Assembly (NCBI GenBank): GCA_015680685.1
Contig: MNCI01002568.1
Span: 642,258-706,257 of the forward strand
DNA: 64,000 bases
Source: Gnetum montanum
Taxonomy: Eukaryota > Plantae > Gnetophyta
Direction of reading: 5' to 3'
Positions 62,408 to 64,000 of this stretch are shown in pieces (position 1 is the first letter of the stretch; every line of letters begins with the position of its first letter). Both the position numbers and the translations under genes were made by a program. The notes below the pieces were generated by a model. It was given only the letters and a program-made list of their open reading frames with translations, had not been told where the DNA came from and ran no database searches.

Positions 62408-64000
62408 TGGGCACCACTGAAAATGAACACCAAAAGATCTCCGGAGAGATACAGCTGACCTTGCCTTCATGTGAGGGAAAGCTAGAAAAATGAAGGTAGA
62501 GTGCCTTGGATGGTCTGCACGCAAATCAACCAAGGACTTCCTTGAGCATACACTATGACCTACGCTATGGTTATTGCCACAAAATGTAAAATGGAGAGCG
62601 TAATGCAATGAAATGTAAACGTGAAATATATCATGTAAGCGTAAAGAGAATGTATGTAGAAACGTGCAATAAAATGGGATAATGAAAACAATGAACCAGA
62701 ACAGTACAAAAGAAGGAAAAAATGAAACTGTGTTGTATTAATTAACAAGATGTGCACCAGTCAAAACGTAGTTGCGTTTCTGGATTGCAAGTCAGACGTT
62801 AAGCTTTGATGTGAGGTGTTTGAAGGTGCTGGGAATCACGTGCGTCCAAGCTTAGGATTACTGGTTTTCCTTCTTCAAATTACCAACTCTGTTTATGTCA
62901 ATGAATAGGGTATTTATACATTTTGCTAGGCTCAAGAGTAGGATTCATGAATGAGGTCAATGGTTGTGAGATGAGAGAAAAATGGATCGTCTGATAGGTG
63001 TTCGATGTACAGCTATGTGTGAACTGGATGCATGTAGGAAGACTATGTTCTAGACCAGATACACTGTATCTTACAATTTTTATTGATTTACATTACACTC
63101 ATGCATACAATTTTAAGCATAAGATCTTGACAAGCACACAAATGTTGCAAATTTACAATAAAATGATTGTGTACAACAAGAGATCTTGATTCTGGTTCGC
63201 TTGGAACTTCTCGATCCATGAACTAGCTACTGCAGGGTGCTGACATGAGTGGTCCTATGGCTTTTTGAGATGTTTTTTCTTCATCAAGGTTGCTAGCATG
63301 ACTTGATCTTGTCCTAGCATGTCTTCAGTGTGTGTCTAGAGTGCTTTTATTCAGGCTCACACTGCCAGCGTGAGATGGGTGTGACCTCAGCGTGACCCTA
63401 GTGTGAGCAAGCTGGGATGGTACATTTTACACCAAATCTTGATCTTTGAGACTTGTCTCTCAAGTGTAACTGCTACCTAACCTTGGGGATGACCTACATG
63501 CTGAATCTGAGCATGTTTATGCCTTAATCCAAGTCATTTTGCCAACTCATGCTAGACTCACGCTGCCAGCATGAGCTGGGCGTGACTCCAGCGTGACCTC
63601 AGTGTGAGTGCTAAAAATGGTGTATTTTTGGACCTGAAATTAGAATTCTGAGGGTTGGAACCTAGAGAAATCATTAGTAGACCTCGAGGGGACCTTCTAC
63701 CCTCAAAATCATGCCATTTTAACACTGTTTTAATTTACTCACGCTGAACTCACACTGTACTCATGCTGCCAACATGACCTCAGCGTGAGTTCATGCCTTA
63801 ACCAAATTTTTGTTCTCCAAAAGTACAAACAACTCTGATTTGTTCTTGTTTTGAACTATTAGGCTGAAATTTGGGATGTTTCATTGGTGCCTCTTTGTTG
63901 ACGTCTGAAGGAATTCACCCAAGAGGCATCAACAAAGAAGTACAAAACACCATGATCAACTTGGCATCAAGCATTGTCCGTTGGCCCCTGGCTGGATGTC
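62408..64000 (-). mobile_element. Element H: 3' LTR (about 62408-63883), PPT and 3' UTR of a further Tat-like copy running off the right edge
   Basis: GATGTTTCA|TTGGTGCCTCTTTG at 63883 parallels C at 21959, and 63884-64000 resembles 21960-22075. The left boundary is approximate. Confidence 0.82.

Noticed and set aside
53728-63883. G and H LTRs as long terminal inverted repeats of one element
   Set aside because: H has its own PPT and 3' UTR on the right, so these are two related LTR elements in opposite orientation.

Overview
The window is entirely nested, decayed plant LTR-retrotransposon DNA (many C>T/G>A-type stops). I find no host gene, RNA gene or CRISPR array. Eight elements can be resolved. 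Five (A, C, D, G, H) belong to one Tat/Ogre-like Ty3/gypsy group (CxxHxxxxHxxxxC knuckle, RT-RH-aRH-INT order, tRNA-Asn PBS in A and C). B is a CRM-like chromovirus, E a gag-only SIRE-like copia, and F has an Athila-type tRNA-Asp PBS. Nesting: A, B, E and F sit in D; C sits in B (perfect AGCAT TSD); G sits in F; H sits in G. The main observation is the Tat-like architecture. gag-protease ends in a stop, and in A and C RT begins about 6 kb later. The gap holds an opposite-strand multi-exon gene with its own TATA box, and its donor sites recur at equivalent positions in four diverged copies (A, C, D, G). Related tandem arrays border the cassettes, and subfamily-specific CG-containing motifs fill the non-coding DNA. 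All alignments were done by eye and no database search was run.
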